Source: Nemertoderma westbladi
Taxonomy: Eukaryota > Animalia > Xenacoelomorpha
Assembly (NCBI GenBank): GCA_032718475.1
Contig: JAUCBJ010001697.1
Location: 1-46,968 of the forward strand
Reading direction: 5' to 3'
Length of the DNA stretch: 46,968 bases
Shown here: piece by piece, positions 22,935 through 33,330 of the stretch
Layout of the letters: the number at the start of each line of letters is the position of its first letter
Numbering within the stretch: position 1 is the stretch's first letter
Position numbers and translations under genes: made by a program
Notes under the pieces: model-generated
The model's input: the letters and a program-made list of their open reading frames with translations, nothing else
What the model was told of the DNA's origin: nothing
Database searches by the model: none

Positions 22935-25900
22935 AGAAAACTATTATGGTAGAGGACAGCCGCACTGGCTGCACCTTCCTAGTGGACTGCGGAGCCGAGG
23001 TCTCCGTCATTCCGGCCTCGGCTGCCGACCGTGCAGCCCGAACCCGCTCTCCTCCCCTTCTCGCAGCTAACGGCTCTTCAATTTCGACGTGGGGAGACCG
23101 TTCCTTCTCCTTCCGCCTCGGTAAGGCTACACCCAGGGATTTCTCTTTCGACTTCGCTGTCGCCGACGTCCCCAAGGCCATCCTCGGGGCGGATTTCTTC
23201 GCCGAAAATAACCTGGCCATCGACCTCCGCAACCGCCGCCTCATATCTCTCGACGATGGAACTATCTTCCCCGCTTTCGCCTCGTCCTTCCATGGAGGTA
23301 TCTCAGGCCTCCACCTTGCCGCCATCTCAGCTTTCGACCGGATAATCGACGAATTTCCGGAGGTCGTCATTCCCCGATTCGAACTCGGCGATGTCAACAA
23401 GCACGGCATCGAGCATCATATAGTCACGGAGGGACCACCACTTAATGCTCGCGCCCGCCGGCTCGACCCCGAGAAGCTGGCTGTTGCGAAGGCCGAGTTC
23501 GCAAAAATGGAAGAACTCGGAATAATCCGGCGTTCTTGCTCCCCATGGGCATCTCCGCTTCACATCGTGTCAAAACCCGACGGTGGATCGCGGCCTTGTG
23601 GCGATTTCCGCCGACTGAACGAGGCGACAGTGGGGGACCGCTACCCGCTCCCCCACATCCAGGACTTTAACGGTGGCCTGGCTGGCAATGTCATATTTTC
23701 AAAGATAGACCTCGCCCGCAGCTACCACCAGGTCCCCGTCCATGCCAGCGACGTCCCCAAGACGGCCATTATCACTCCCTTCGGCCTCTGGGAGTTCTTG
23801 AGAATGCCTTTTGGCCTTAAGAACGCCGCCCAGGCTTTCCAGAGGCTGATGGATGCCGTCCTTCGTGGTATACCATATGTTTTCGTCTACCTCGATGACA
23901 TACTCGTGTCCAGCAAGTCCGAGGCCGAACACATCGACCACCTCCGCCATGTCTTCCGCCTCCTCGCAGACAACGGCCTCGTCGTCCAGCGGAAGAAATG
24001 TGTGTTCGGCCAGACAGAGATCGAATACCTCGGCCACCTCGTGTCCGCCACCGGCGTTCGGCCACTGCTCTCCAAAGTTAAAGCAGTCCTAGAGTTCTCC
24101 ACCCCGACAGACAAGGCCGGGCTACAGCGATTTCTGGGGATGCTGAACTACTATCACCGTTTCCTCCCCAACATCGCAGGATGCCTCGCCCCTCTCCACG
24201 AGGCCACCAAGTCCACCCCTGGAGCGTTTGCTTGGAACTCTGAGTGTGCCAACGCATTCGCCGCCGCCAAGCGTGCCCTCGCCGACGCCGCTCTATTGTG
24301 CCACCCCCGGACATCCGACTTCCTGTCTGTGTCGTGCGACGCCTCCGGCACCGCCATAGGAGCCTCCCTCGATCAGCGCGCATCGGCTTCAGAGGACTGG
24401 CAGCCACTCGCTTTCTTCTCCCGCAAGTTGTCCTCGGCCGAGAAGAAATACAGCGTTTTTGACCGCGAGCTCCTCGCCATGTTCGCGGCCATCTGCCATT
24501 TCCGACATTTCGTCGAGGGCCGGCCCTTCATTATCTACACTGACCACCGCCCTCTGACCTTCGCATTCGCCAACACCGCCGAGCGTTCCCCCCGCCAGAC
24601 ACGCCACTTGGCCTTTGTGTCGGAATTCTCTACCGACGTCCGACACATTTCCGGTAAGGTCAACGTCGTCGCCGACGCTCTTTCCCGGTCCGACGACTGC
24701 ACACCCGCCTCTAACCCACTAGTCGGTGCTCTCCTCGCGCCCGAGGTCGACTTTGCCGCCCTAGCCGCGGCTCAGACAGCCGCCTCGGTCGAGATCTCGG
24801 CCTACAGGACATCCATTTCCGGCCTCCACCTGGCCGACATACCATGCCGCGACTTCACGGTCTTGTGCGACACCTCGACGGGCCGGAACCGCCCCGTCGT
24901 CCCGGATGGCTGGCGCGGCCGGATCTTCGAGGCCATCCATGGCCTCTCACATGCCGGTCCAAAGCCCACCATCCGCGCCATCTCCGAGCGTTTTATCTGG
25001 CATGGGATGAAGAAAGACGTGCGCCGACGCTGCCTCGAGTGCGCCGCCTGCCAGGCCTCCAAGGTCGGCCGCCATGTCCATGCGCCACTAGAAAGTCGCC
25101 CTGCCCCTGAGGCCCGATTCGAGAGCCTCCACGTAGACATCGTTGGTCCACTTCCACCATCGGAAGGCCACGGCTACCTATTCACAATCATCGACAGGTT
25201 CACACGGTGGCCTGAGGCCATCCCCATTATCGACGCCACCGCTGAGACGTGTGCCCGCGCACTTCTACGGGGCTGGATCGCCAGGTTCGGGATACCCGGG
25301 GACATCACCTCCGATCGCGGGGCGCAGTTTACCTCTCACCTGTGGGCCGAGCTTCACAACCTCCTCGGCATCTCGGCCTCCACTACTACATCCTACCACC
25401 CACAGGCGAATGGGATGATCGAGCGACTCCATCGCCAACTCAAGGCATCGCTCAAGGCCCGCCTACATGGACCAAAATGGATGGACGAACTCCCACTAGT
25501 CCTACTCGGGATCAGGACGGCTTGGAAGGAGGACCCTGGCTGCTCACCCGCCGACCTCGTCTATGGCACCCCCCTCCACGTGCCTGGCGAGTTCGTGGGC
25601 CCTGGGTCCGCGCGAACAGAGACTCCATCCTCAGCTTTCGTCTCCGACCTCAAGGAACGCCTCAAGTCAGCTGTTCCCCCGCCGACAAACTTCCACGGCT
25701 CACCGTCAACCTCCCACATCCCGGCATCCCTGGCCTCGACAGGTTACGTGTATGTACGCCGTGGTGGTCATGTAGGACCTCTCAACCGCCCCTATGCTGG
25801 CCCCTACAAAATCATTAAGGTGGAGCCAAAAACTTTCCTCCTTGACCTCAATGGCCGCCTGGATCATGTCTCCATCGACAGACTGAAGATTGCCTTCATT

Positions 25901-26116
25901 CCGCGGCCGCCCACGATCCCACCGGCACCGTTGGCATCTTCGTCAGATCCCGACCTTCCGGCGCCTTCCTACGCTGCCGTAGCAGCCACTCCAGCACGAC
26001 ATACCAGTCCTTACGCCAGGCCCAAGGCCCACTCGAAACCTCCCACCACGACGTCGTCCACGTTTCAGACTCGTTCCGGCCGACAGGTCCGCCGTCCGGA
26101 AAGATATACCACCTAA
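22880..26116 (+). CDS. pol: Pol polyprotein (aspartic protease, RT, RNase H, integrase), probably made as Gag-Pol by frameshift
   Basis: FLVDCGAEVS; WASPL, RPCGDFRRLN, MPFGLKNA, YLDD; CDASG, DRELLA, TDHRPL, NVVADALSR; HGLSH...CAAC, HVDIVGP, SDRGAQF, NGMIER, YAGPY, TRSGR. Confidence 0.96.
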   Translation, partial: GKRRRRPLVPAVGVSRKGQKTIMVEDSRTGCTFLVDCGAEVSVIPASAADRAARTRSPPLLAANGSSISTWGDRSFSFRLGKATPRDFSFDFAVADVPKAILGADFFAENNLAIDLRNRRLISLDDGTIFPAFASSFHGGISGLHLAAISAFDRIIDEFPEVVIPRFELGDVNKHGIEHHIVTEGPPLNARARRLDPEKLAVAKAEFAKMEELGIIRRSCSPWASPLHIVSKPDGGSRPCGDFRRLNEATVGDRYPLPHIQDFNGGLAGNVIFSKIDLARSYHQVPVHASDVPKTAIITPFGLWEFLRMPFGLKNAAQAFQRLMDAVLRGIPYVFVYLDDILVSSKSEAEHIDHLRHVFRLLADNGLVVQRKKCVFGQTEIEYLGHLVSATGVRPLLSKVKAVLEFSTPTDKAGLQRFLGMLNYYHRFLPNIAGCLAPLHEATKSTPGAFAWNSECANAFAAAKRALADAALLCHPRTSDFLSVSCDASGTAIGASLDQRASASEDWQPLAFFSRKLSSAEKKYSVFDRELLAMFAAICHFRHFVEGRPFIIYTDHRPLTFAFANTAERSPRQTRHLAFVSEFSTDVRHISGKVNVVADALSRSDDCTPASNPLVGALLAPEVDFAALAAAQTAASVEISAYRTSISGLHLADIPCRDFTVLCDTSTGRNRPVVPDGWRGRIFEAIHGLSHAGPKPTIRAISERFIWHGMKKDVRRRCLECAACQASKVGRHVHAPLESRPAPEARFESLHVDIVGPLPPSEGHGYLFTIIDRFTRWPEAIPIIDATAETCARALLRGWIARFGIPGDITSDRGAQFTSHLWAELHNLLGISASTTTSYHPQANGMIERLHRQLKASLKARLHGPKWMDELPLVLLGIRTAWKEDPGCSPADLVYGTPLHVPGEFVGPGSARTETPSSAFVSDLKERLKSAVPPPTNFHGSPSTSHIPASLASTGYVYVRRGGHVGPLNRPYAGPYKIIKVEPKTFLLDLNGRLDHVSIDRLKIAFIPRPPTIPPAPLASSSDPDLPAPSYAAVAATPARHTSPYARPKAHSKPPTTTSSTFQTRSGRQVRRPERYTT

Positions 26117-26158
26117 CATTCATCGCCACTATTAGGGATTTATCGTGTTACCACACTT

Positions 26159-26167
26159 GAGGGGGGG
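26159..26167 (+). promoter_or_regulatory. Polypurine tract
   Basis: GAGGGGGGG ends 3 nt before the 3' LTR. Confidence 0.8.
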
Positions 26168-26170
26168 TTA

Positions 26171-26445
26171 TGTAGCGATACTGTATGCGGGACTTAGGAG
26201 ATATACAGTAGTGGCGTCCCTAGTTGCCTAGCAACGGACGATGTGGAGTTTTACATACAGACTGTCCATCTATCATCTTTTGGTACCGTACACTGCAGTA
26301 CCGGCACGCTGTGTGCTATACGGATGACTGCGGCCCTATCCCGGTATATCTATATCTTTACAGTAGCAATGCATTGCTAACTATTATTATTATAATACAT
26401 AATAACCCGCGCTTCGATTTATTCATTGAGAATAACGCCGCTACA
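26171..26445 (+). repeat. 3' LTR
   Basis: Identical by eye to the 5' LTR. Confidence 0.97.
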
Positions 26446-26816
26446 GTAGTAAATAGAATCGTACTGACAAGCAAGCAATTCCTTAGTATTTCTTCCTCCG
26501 TTAATCGCATCTTGTATCTTGATGCAACTCGGCTGATCCAGATCGACCAGATACCAGGATACATCGGACTGTCGGAGCGTTTCAGACATTAACTGAGTAA
26601 TGGAGCGACATTTGTGGATATTTCAGATGGTTTTATAATAAATAAGGGGATTCAATGTTAAAACAAATGGATGATTCCAAACCCCAATATACCTAACACT
26701 GTAAACTGTAACAAAGCTTAGGCTGTTAGTTAGGCACACACAGTTTAGGTAACATTATCAGCACAGTCAGCCTACGACTGTACGATAATTTTGAAGGCTA
26801 GGTCCTTGTCATGGCC

Positions 26817-28104
26817 TGTGGGGCGAGCCACGAAGTTGGCGGAGCCTTAGCGAATTGACACTGTTAGGGGGTGGGTCAATTTATGCAAATAGTTGTCGTC
26901 GTCGTCGTCGTCGTTGTCGTCGTCGTCGTCGTCGTTACGATTTTGACATGCTAATAACTTTGTCGGATTTAAAGCTGCCAAGTTGAAAATTTGTAGGTAT
27001 CAATATGAGCAAAAGTTGAGATTTTTGAGAGACTTTCAGACACCATCAGTGCAATGGTCTCCCGCTAGAGGGCCACATGTCTAAACATTAAATGCCCTCC
27101 CATTTCTTTGCTTTTAATCCGTTTAAGCTGAAACTTGGCAGATATGTATTAGACCATTAGCTGTGACTTTCAAAGGAGGCGAATCCATCTGCAGTTCTCC
27201 AGTCTGCCGCTAGAGGGCCAAAGGTCTGAAAGTGAAATCGTTGTCGTCGTTACGATTTTGACATGCTAATAACTTTGTCGGATTTAAAGCTGCCAAGTTG
27301 AAAATTTGTAGGTATCAATATGAGCTAAAGTTGAGATTTTTGAGAGACTTTCAGACACCATCAGTGCAATGGTCTCCCGCTAGAGGGCCACATGTCTAAA
27401 CATTAAATGCCCTCCCATTTCTTTGCTTTTAATCCGTTTAAGCTGAAACTTGGCAGATATGTATTAGACCATTAGCTGTGACTTTCAAAGGAGGCGAATC
27501 CATCTGCAGTTCTCCAGTCTGCCGCTAGAGGGCCAAATGTCTGAAAGTGAAATCGTTGTCGTCGTTATGATGACATGCTTATAACTTTGTCGAATTTAAA
27601 GCTGCCAAGTTGAAAATTTGTTTTGTTGAAAATCAGTTCAACAGTCACCCGCTATAGGACTACTTTATGCCTGAAAGTGAATAGATTCTCCCGTCTCATT
27701 GATTTTAATCAGTTTAAGCTGAATCTTGCCATATATTCTGGACCACATGCTGCGTCTTTGTGGGGGGGGGGGGGGGGGGGGGAGATTTAATCGGTCTGCC
27801 GCTATACGACGAAATTTCTGAAAGTGAGATCCGTCTCTCATTTCGTTATCCGTTATTCAAGATGAAACTTGGCCGATGTACGTATGTACTATTCATCCAT
27901 AGGCTGTGTCTTTGTGGGGCTGGAGACCCTAATCCATCTTCAGTTCTCACTATACCGCTAGTGTCAGAAATGTCTGAATAGAAATGAAAGAGGTAAAAAG
28001 TGATTAGGCGAAATCTGCTTAAAATTTGCTAATACAGTAATACTTTCGAATTAGTACTTAAATTAAATTTAAGTCACGTGCTGCGCGAAGGCCCCACTTC
28101 GTGT
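26817..28104 (+). mobile_element. Non-autonomous Helentron/Helitron2-like element with a (GTC)n microsatellite and an internal 315-bp tandem repeat
   Basis: 5' end TGTGGGGCGAGCCACGAAGT (small hairpin) and 3' end CGTGCTGCGCGAAGGCCCCACTTCGTGT, whose GCCCCAC is inverted to the 5' end. No clear TSD. The same two ends occur at 31548-31867. 315-nt period at 26935/27250/27565. Confidence 0.6.
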
Positions 28105-28298
28105 TGTTTAGATGGCCTCGCATGTCAGTGTGACACTCTGACAGTGCCTACTGCCCTATCAATTAATGCTCTCGCCTACCTCTGTACCTTTAGTCTGGTA
28201 GTGCAGTAGTGTCAAGTGGTACCCTACCGGTACCATCCTACAGTCCTAGGGCCTAATATACCGGTTACCTGGGTTAGCGGTACCAGTTGCCTACTGAC

Positions 28299-29180
28299 AT
28301 GGGCGATCAGAGCGGACTCAACGTGTTGGCTCAGTCCACGGGGACTTCTGGGAGCGTACTGGAGCAGGGTGGCGTAACCCTAGTTGCGGGCGACGCAAAC
28401 ACAAACAACGGCGCACAGCCGCCGCCGTACGTAACTCCCGAGATCAACGTCCACCAACTCAACCAATTCTGGCAGAAGCAAATGACTGAAGTGCGGCAGC
28501 TAAACGGGAACGATTTCAAAATTCAAGATCTTCCTTTGGCTCGGATTAAGAAGATAATGAAACTAGACGAAGATGTAAAGATGATATCGGCCGAAGCTCC
28601 AGCGTTCTTCTCCAAGGCCATCGAGATATTTATAAAGGAACTTACGATGCGAGCTTGGGTTCATACGGAAGATAACAAGCGGCGAACGCTGCAGCGAAAC
28701 GATATCGCCATGGCTATCAGCAAATACGATCAATTCGACTTCCTTATTGATATAGTTCCTCGGGAAGAGATTCGTCCGTCTCAACCGGAGGAGTTCACCC
28801 CATCCGGGACGGCGGCCGCTCCCGGCTCCGACGTTAAGTATTACTTCCACATGGGGTCGCAGCAGGGAGCGACGGGGGCTGTTACTACCAGCGCGGCCCC
28901 CAGTAGCGTGCCGTCGGTAGCCGCTGCCCCAGCGGCCACCGGGGGGCAACAGACTTTGGTGCTGCCAGGGGGGCAGCAGTTGGTCATCCCCCAGGGGTCC
29001 TTGCAGCAGGGGGCTGAGGAGTCTGGTGGGGGGCAGCAGGGGGTGCAGTATCTGCGGTTGGCTAACGGGCAGTTGTTGCAGCTGGGGGGCACCGGGGGCA
29101 ACCAGTTGCTGCAGTTAGGAGCGGCCGGGGGGGCGGGGCAGTTGATGTCGGTTGATGGGCAGCCGTCCCCTGGAGAGTGA
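28299..29180 (+). CDS. NFYC: Nuclear transcription factor Y subunit gamma (NF-YC), intronless, 293 aa, nested in DDX46 intron 5
   Basis: Complete histone fold [26 protein letters not shown]...[44 protein letters not shown], followed by a Gln/Gly-rich hydrophobic activation-type tail. ATG in GACATGG; no stops or frameshifts; AATAAA at 29514 and 29739. Confidence 0.95.
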   Translation: MGDQSGLNVLAQSTGTSGSVLEQGGVTLVAGDANTNNGAQPPPYVTPEINVHQLNQFWQKQMTEVRQLNGNDFKIQDLPLARIKKIMKLDEDVKMISAEAPAFFSKAIEIFIKELTMRAWVHTEDNKRRTLQRNDIAMAISKYDQFDFLIDIVPREEIRPSQPEEFTPSGTAAAPGSDVKYYFHMGSQQGATGAVTTSAAPSSVPSVAAAPAATGGQQTLVLPGGQQLVIPQGSLQQGAEESGGGQQGVQYLRLANGQLLQLGGTGGNQLLQLGAAGGAGQLMSVDGQPSPGE

Positions 29181-30592
29181 GGGGGCGGGGGCTGCCCCCC
29201 TGGGGAGGGGGGGGGGGGGGGGGCTGGCTACGGTATGCCATGTTACTTTTATAAAGTATTATAACTCATTTCATACAGACTTGGTATTTAATCTAAGATG
29301 TTCAGATATTTTTAATTGTTACTTTTTTTATATGTTAGTTAATTATAGTGTAACATACCGAAAATACGGTTTATTTAACTCTATGTCCGACTGAGACCCC
29401 AACAGGGTGGAAGGGGGACTCAATCTGTCTGAAACTATTAGCCAATTAGGAACAAGAACCTTAATATGATTCAAATTCAAAATAAGTTATAGTTATTTAC
29501 ATCGATATTATCTAATAAAATGGAAAGTTTACAAGTATTATTATTGGATGAGTTTCATAAGGTCGCTATGTGCAACATTTTTTTGTAACTACCGCACTGT
29601 TAACGGAAATGTTTGGTTTATATTCCACTATTTATAGAATATACTCGTAGAATTGGTACAATTGATGTCAGGTTTGTATTAATGTTGTTATTTACGTTGG
29701 TTGTGTAGCATATTATTGTTATACTGGCATATTATACTAATAAAAGTTATAGTAAAATTTGTTTGTTATAATAAAGTTAAAAATTCGGAATCGAATCCAT
29801 GGGAAGTCCTGAAGAGTTAGAGAGAAATCTCAAAGGTATCATTCAAGTCTTATTTACCTTAATTTACTAGATGTATTGTTTGCGATTCGTTGTAAGTACC
29901 AAATTTGGTACTAAAAAACTACCAGTTGTTGTACCTAGGTTATCTATGGTATCAGTATTATATTATTATGTTATACGTAGTATATCGTTTAAAACATTAA
30001 ATTATGGTTATATTATAAAATAAAAGTATTTCTTTATCTCATCCATCGTGGGTTATAATTCGAATTCTCTAACTATTGGTTGACAGGATTGCGTGGCTAG
30101 TAGCCCTCGATGCAGCAGATTGACTGAAGTTGATTGACAGATGAGGCTGAAGCTGATTGGCAGCTGACGTGGGCGAACTATGCTGAGAGAACAAGAAAGG
30201 GACCATTCAGAATACATTCCTTACTATAGAAAATATTATCGCAAAGTAAACAAACGCAATATATGAAACTATATTAACTAATATCCTAATAGAGTTTTCA
30301 GTTACCACACAGTTTTATACTATCATTACCGGTTCCGGTCGCTACTTGTTTATATTTGTATTAAAAGTATCTCTTACACTGCTTTTCCTTTGATTTGTTA
30401 CACTAACAAACGAAGTGAGCGAGTGTTAATGACGCAGCTATGGTCACAACACTGTAAAGTACTTAAAATATAAATGTAGTTTATTCCAAAATATGAAAAC
30501 TTAATATGAAACTAATGCAAATTCCAGCTGGACAACTGGAATACTTAGAATATAATTCCATTACTACCATTTGCAGCTACTTTACATAAATT

Positions 30593-30777
30593 AAATGTTC
30601 CAGAATATTCCAATAAATAAAATGTTCCAGAATATTCCAATAAATAAAATGTTCCAGAATATTCCAATAAATAAAATGTTCCAGAATATTCCAATAAATA
30701 AAATGTTCCAGAATATTCCAATAAATAAAATGTTCCAGAATATTCCAATAAATAAAATGTTCCAGAATATTCCAATG
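30593..30777. repeat. 27-bp tandem repeat, about 7 copies
   Basis: Unit AAATGTTCCAGAATATTCCAATAAATA. Confidence 0.95.
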
Positions 30778-30889
30778 AACGGCAGAAGTCGACGTTGTGA
30801 ACGACTACCCATAGCGGTAATACCACAAAACGAAGTTGCAAAGGCTGTATCCTATACGAGTAAGAGTAACCATTTTTTTTTTCTTGCAG

Positions 30890-31124
30890 GTTATGCAAAT
30901 CGTGAATAACATTCGTCCTTCCCGACAAACCGTTATGTTTAGCGCTACATTCCCTCGGAGCATAGAAGCCTTAGCTCGCAAGATTCTACAGCGCCCCATA
31001 GAGGTTCTTTGCGGAGGTCGCAGTGTTGTATGCAGTGACGTTGAGCAACACGTGGTGGTGTTAGAGGATCACGATCAAAAGTTCCTCAAATTATTGGAAT
31101 TACTTGGCATGTACCAGGATCAAG
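30890..31124 (+). CDS. DDX46: DDX46 exon 6 ([11 protein letters not shown], motif III)
   Basis: Acceptor tttttcttgcAG|GTT; donor G|GTGGGA (phase 1). Confidence 0.95.
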
Positions 31125-31547
31125 GTGGGATATCTTTTTTTATTTGAGTTTAATTTGCTACGATATTAGCGTCGTATTTCCCGCTGTCCCCGGGATTAAA
31201 CATTGGCAATGGTTTACGTCCACCCTTGAAGTCCGTCGACTGGTTGTGTCGTCGCCATCCCCATCCTATTGTTTCCCAATTTGAGTTTCATTAATTGGGG
31301 CAACACAATGTACATTTTTTGTAAGTTTTATAATATTGTATAAACGATGAGAGTTGTTTGGCCTTCAACTTTATTCAATATTATAATGAGTATGAACGCA
31401 GCCTTGGGGATGCCCTGTCAGCTGTCACCGATTGGTATTTTTGCCATCGACATCAATGTGTAACATTATAAATAACTGAGAACTTTATTTATATAATGAA
31501 ATAAACAATAATTTACAAGCGCAGTAAATATAGTCTCAGTAATAATA

Positions 31548-31867
31548 ACACGTTCGTGGGGTCTTCGCGCAGCACGACGTGAGCAAAGCCTTTAGCATAT
31601 GGGTACCATTAACGAGTTGTCTGCCGTTAGTCAGAAGTCTTCAACACAATATACTCGTCCTCCTCTTGTGCCTCGTTGCGTTCGTTCGTTTTTGACGAAA
31701 CTTCAGATTCTTTCTAAACTTTTGACGGACTACATACATACCAAGTTTCGTTTAATTTCATCAAGGAATAACCGAGTTATTAGCGTTCAAAAATTTACGA
31801 CGAAACAGACAACTCCCCAATGGCACCCATATGCTAAGGCTTCGCTCACTTCGTGGCTCGCCCCACA
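31548..31867 (-). mobile_element. Short (320 bp) member of the same Helentron-like family as 26817-28104
   Basis: The reverse complement starts TGTGGGGCGAGCCACGAAGTGAGCGAAGCCTTAGC and ends CGTGCTGCGCGAAGACCCCACGAACGTGT. Confidence 0.6.
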
Positions 31868-32397
31868 ATAATTCAGTAATTAATTATATTCAAGATGCCC
31901 GACGTTCCTCACATTGCACCAAACTTTAGGACCACTGCAGTGTACTCATCAGAGCAAATATGTACCATCTGAATATCGGACCTCAAGTCGGCAACTGGTT
32001 AGGTTTTCTTCTATTGGCGTTGACCTAGATGTATCCCCAGTGGAAAAGGAGATTCTGGGGGAAATAGTTCAGAAGAAGCGCCCACACATGTTCCAATCCT
32101 AGACTTACAACTCCATATCTAAATGATATTTGAGCCACTTTTTGGGAGGATTATGGCGGTGTTGTGAGGAGCGGAACCTTCTTGCTGAAACCTTTGACTG
32201 GTTATTGGATAATGTTTAGACTTATATTTTACTTCTCAGCTTTTATACAATGATGTTTCCCTTTTATATGTGGGCAGTATATATTTAATCCCGTCCCCAA
32301 TTCTAAACTTTACATCCAATGCTGCTCTACTAACCTAAATGCGTCTCACCAGCCTACATGAATGAGTTATATAAAGTGACTTTATTACTTGTTTTAG

Positions 32398-32688
32398 GTT
32401 CGGTTCTAGTGTTTGTTGAACGACAGGAGTTTGCGGACCAGTTGCTACGCGATCTCATGAAGGCGAGTTACCCCTGTCTGTCTCTCCACGGTGGAGTAGA
32501 CCAGTACGACAGGGATTCTATCATAAACGACTTTAAGAGCGGTGTCACTCCGTTACTAGTGGCAACCTCGGTCGCCGCTAGGGGCCTCGATGTTAAGAAA
32601 CTCATTCTGGTTGTCAACTACGACTGCCCCAACCATTATGAGGATTATGTGCATAGAGTGGGCCGCACTGGTAGAGCTGGCAACAAAG
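32398..32688 (+). CDS. DDX46: DDX46 exon 7 (motifs IV-VI: [25 protein letters not shown])
   Basis: Acceptor cttgttttAG|GT; donor G|GTTAGT (phase 1). Confidence 0.96.
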
Positions 32689-32835
32689 GTTAGTGCGGGA
32701 GATGTAGATGCTACGTCTGTGTTAGCGCATCAAACGGGGCCTTAGAGATACTCGGAGCTGGCAACAAAGGTTAGTGCGGGAGATGTAGATGCTACGTCTG
32801 TGTTAGCGCATCAAACGGGGCCTTAGAGATACTCG
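32674..32835. repeat. Perfect 81-bp tandem duplication spanning the exon 7 splice donor
   Basis: 32674-32754 equals 32755-32835 (GAGCTGGCAACAAAGGTTAGT...GATACTCG). Confidence 0.95.
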
Positions 32836-32933
32836 ACAGACACAGAATCCCGATTATGAGTCACACACAGTATCTTATTGGGTCATCATTAATTTGGGTA
32901 TATTTGTTCTATTGTACCTGTTTATCTCTACAG

Positions 32934-33155
32934 GTTGGTCTTATACGTTTATAACACGCGATCAAGCCAATTACGCCGGGGATATAATTCGCGCCTTGGA
33001 GTTGAGTAAAAACTCCGTACCATTAGACCTCGAGGTGCTATGGAAACAACATGTAGATGAGCAGAAAGCTCAGGGTAAAAGCGTTTCTAAGAACAAGGGA
33101 TTTTCAGGGAAGGGTTTCCGATTCGACGATATGGAGAAGGATATGGCGAAAGAAG
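32934..33155 (+). CDS. DDX46: DDX46 exon 8 (GWSYTFIT...GFSGKGFRFD)
   Basis: Acceptor tatctctacAG|GT; donor G|GTTAGT (phase 1). Confidence 0.94.
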
Positions 33156-33330
33156 GTTAGTCGTCGTGTATCTCCTCTACCGAATCATTTATTAATGAAT
33201 TTAAATCCCTATTCATCATGGAGTCAAAAATAAGTGCATTCGATTTAAACGGTCGATTTATTGGGTATAAGCAGGCAAGCAAACAGTCGGTAGAGGCCGG
33301 AGGCGACCCGAAGGCTCCTCTTTCGATAGC

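Larger units (their letters stand above)
21823..26445 (+). mobile_element. Full-length Ty3/gypsy LTR retrotransposon, CsRn1-like lineage, 4623 bp, apparently intact
   Basis: Two 275-bp LTRs (TGTAGCG...CGCTACA), 4-bp TSD GTAG (21819-21822 and 26446-26449), PBS, PPT, and uninterrupted gag and pol in PR-RT-RH-IN order. Confidence 0.97.

Noticed and set aside
22071-26129. Many overlapping and antisense ORFs within the gypsy element (possible env or accessory genes)
   Set aside because: Expected shadows of GC-rich coding sequence. There is no room for env between the pol stop (26116) and the PPT (26159).
30545-30928. Repetitive ORFs (MFQNIPINK)n and their antisense versions
   Set aside because: Translations of the 27-bp tandem repeat.
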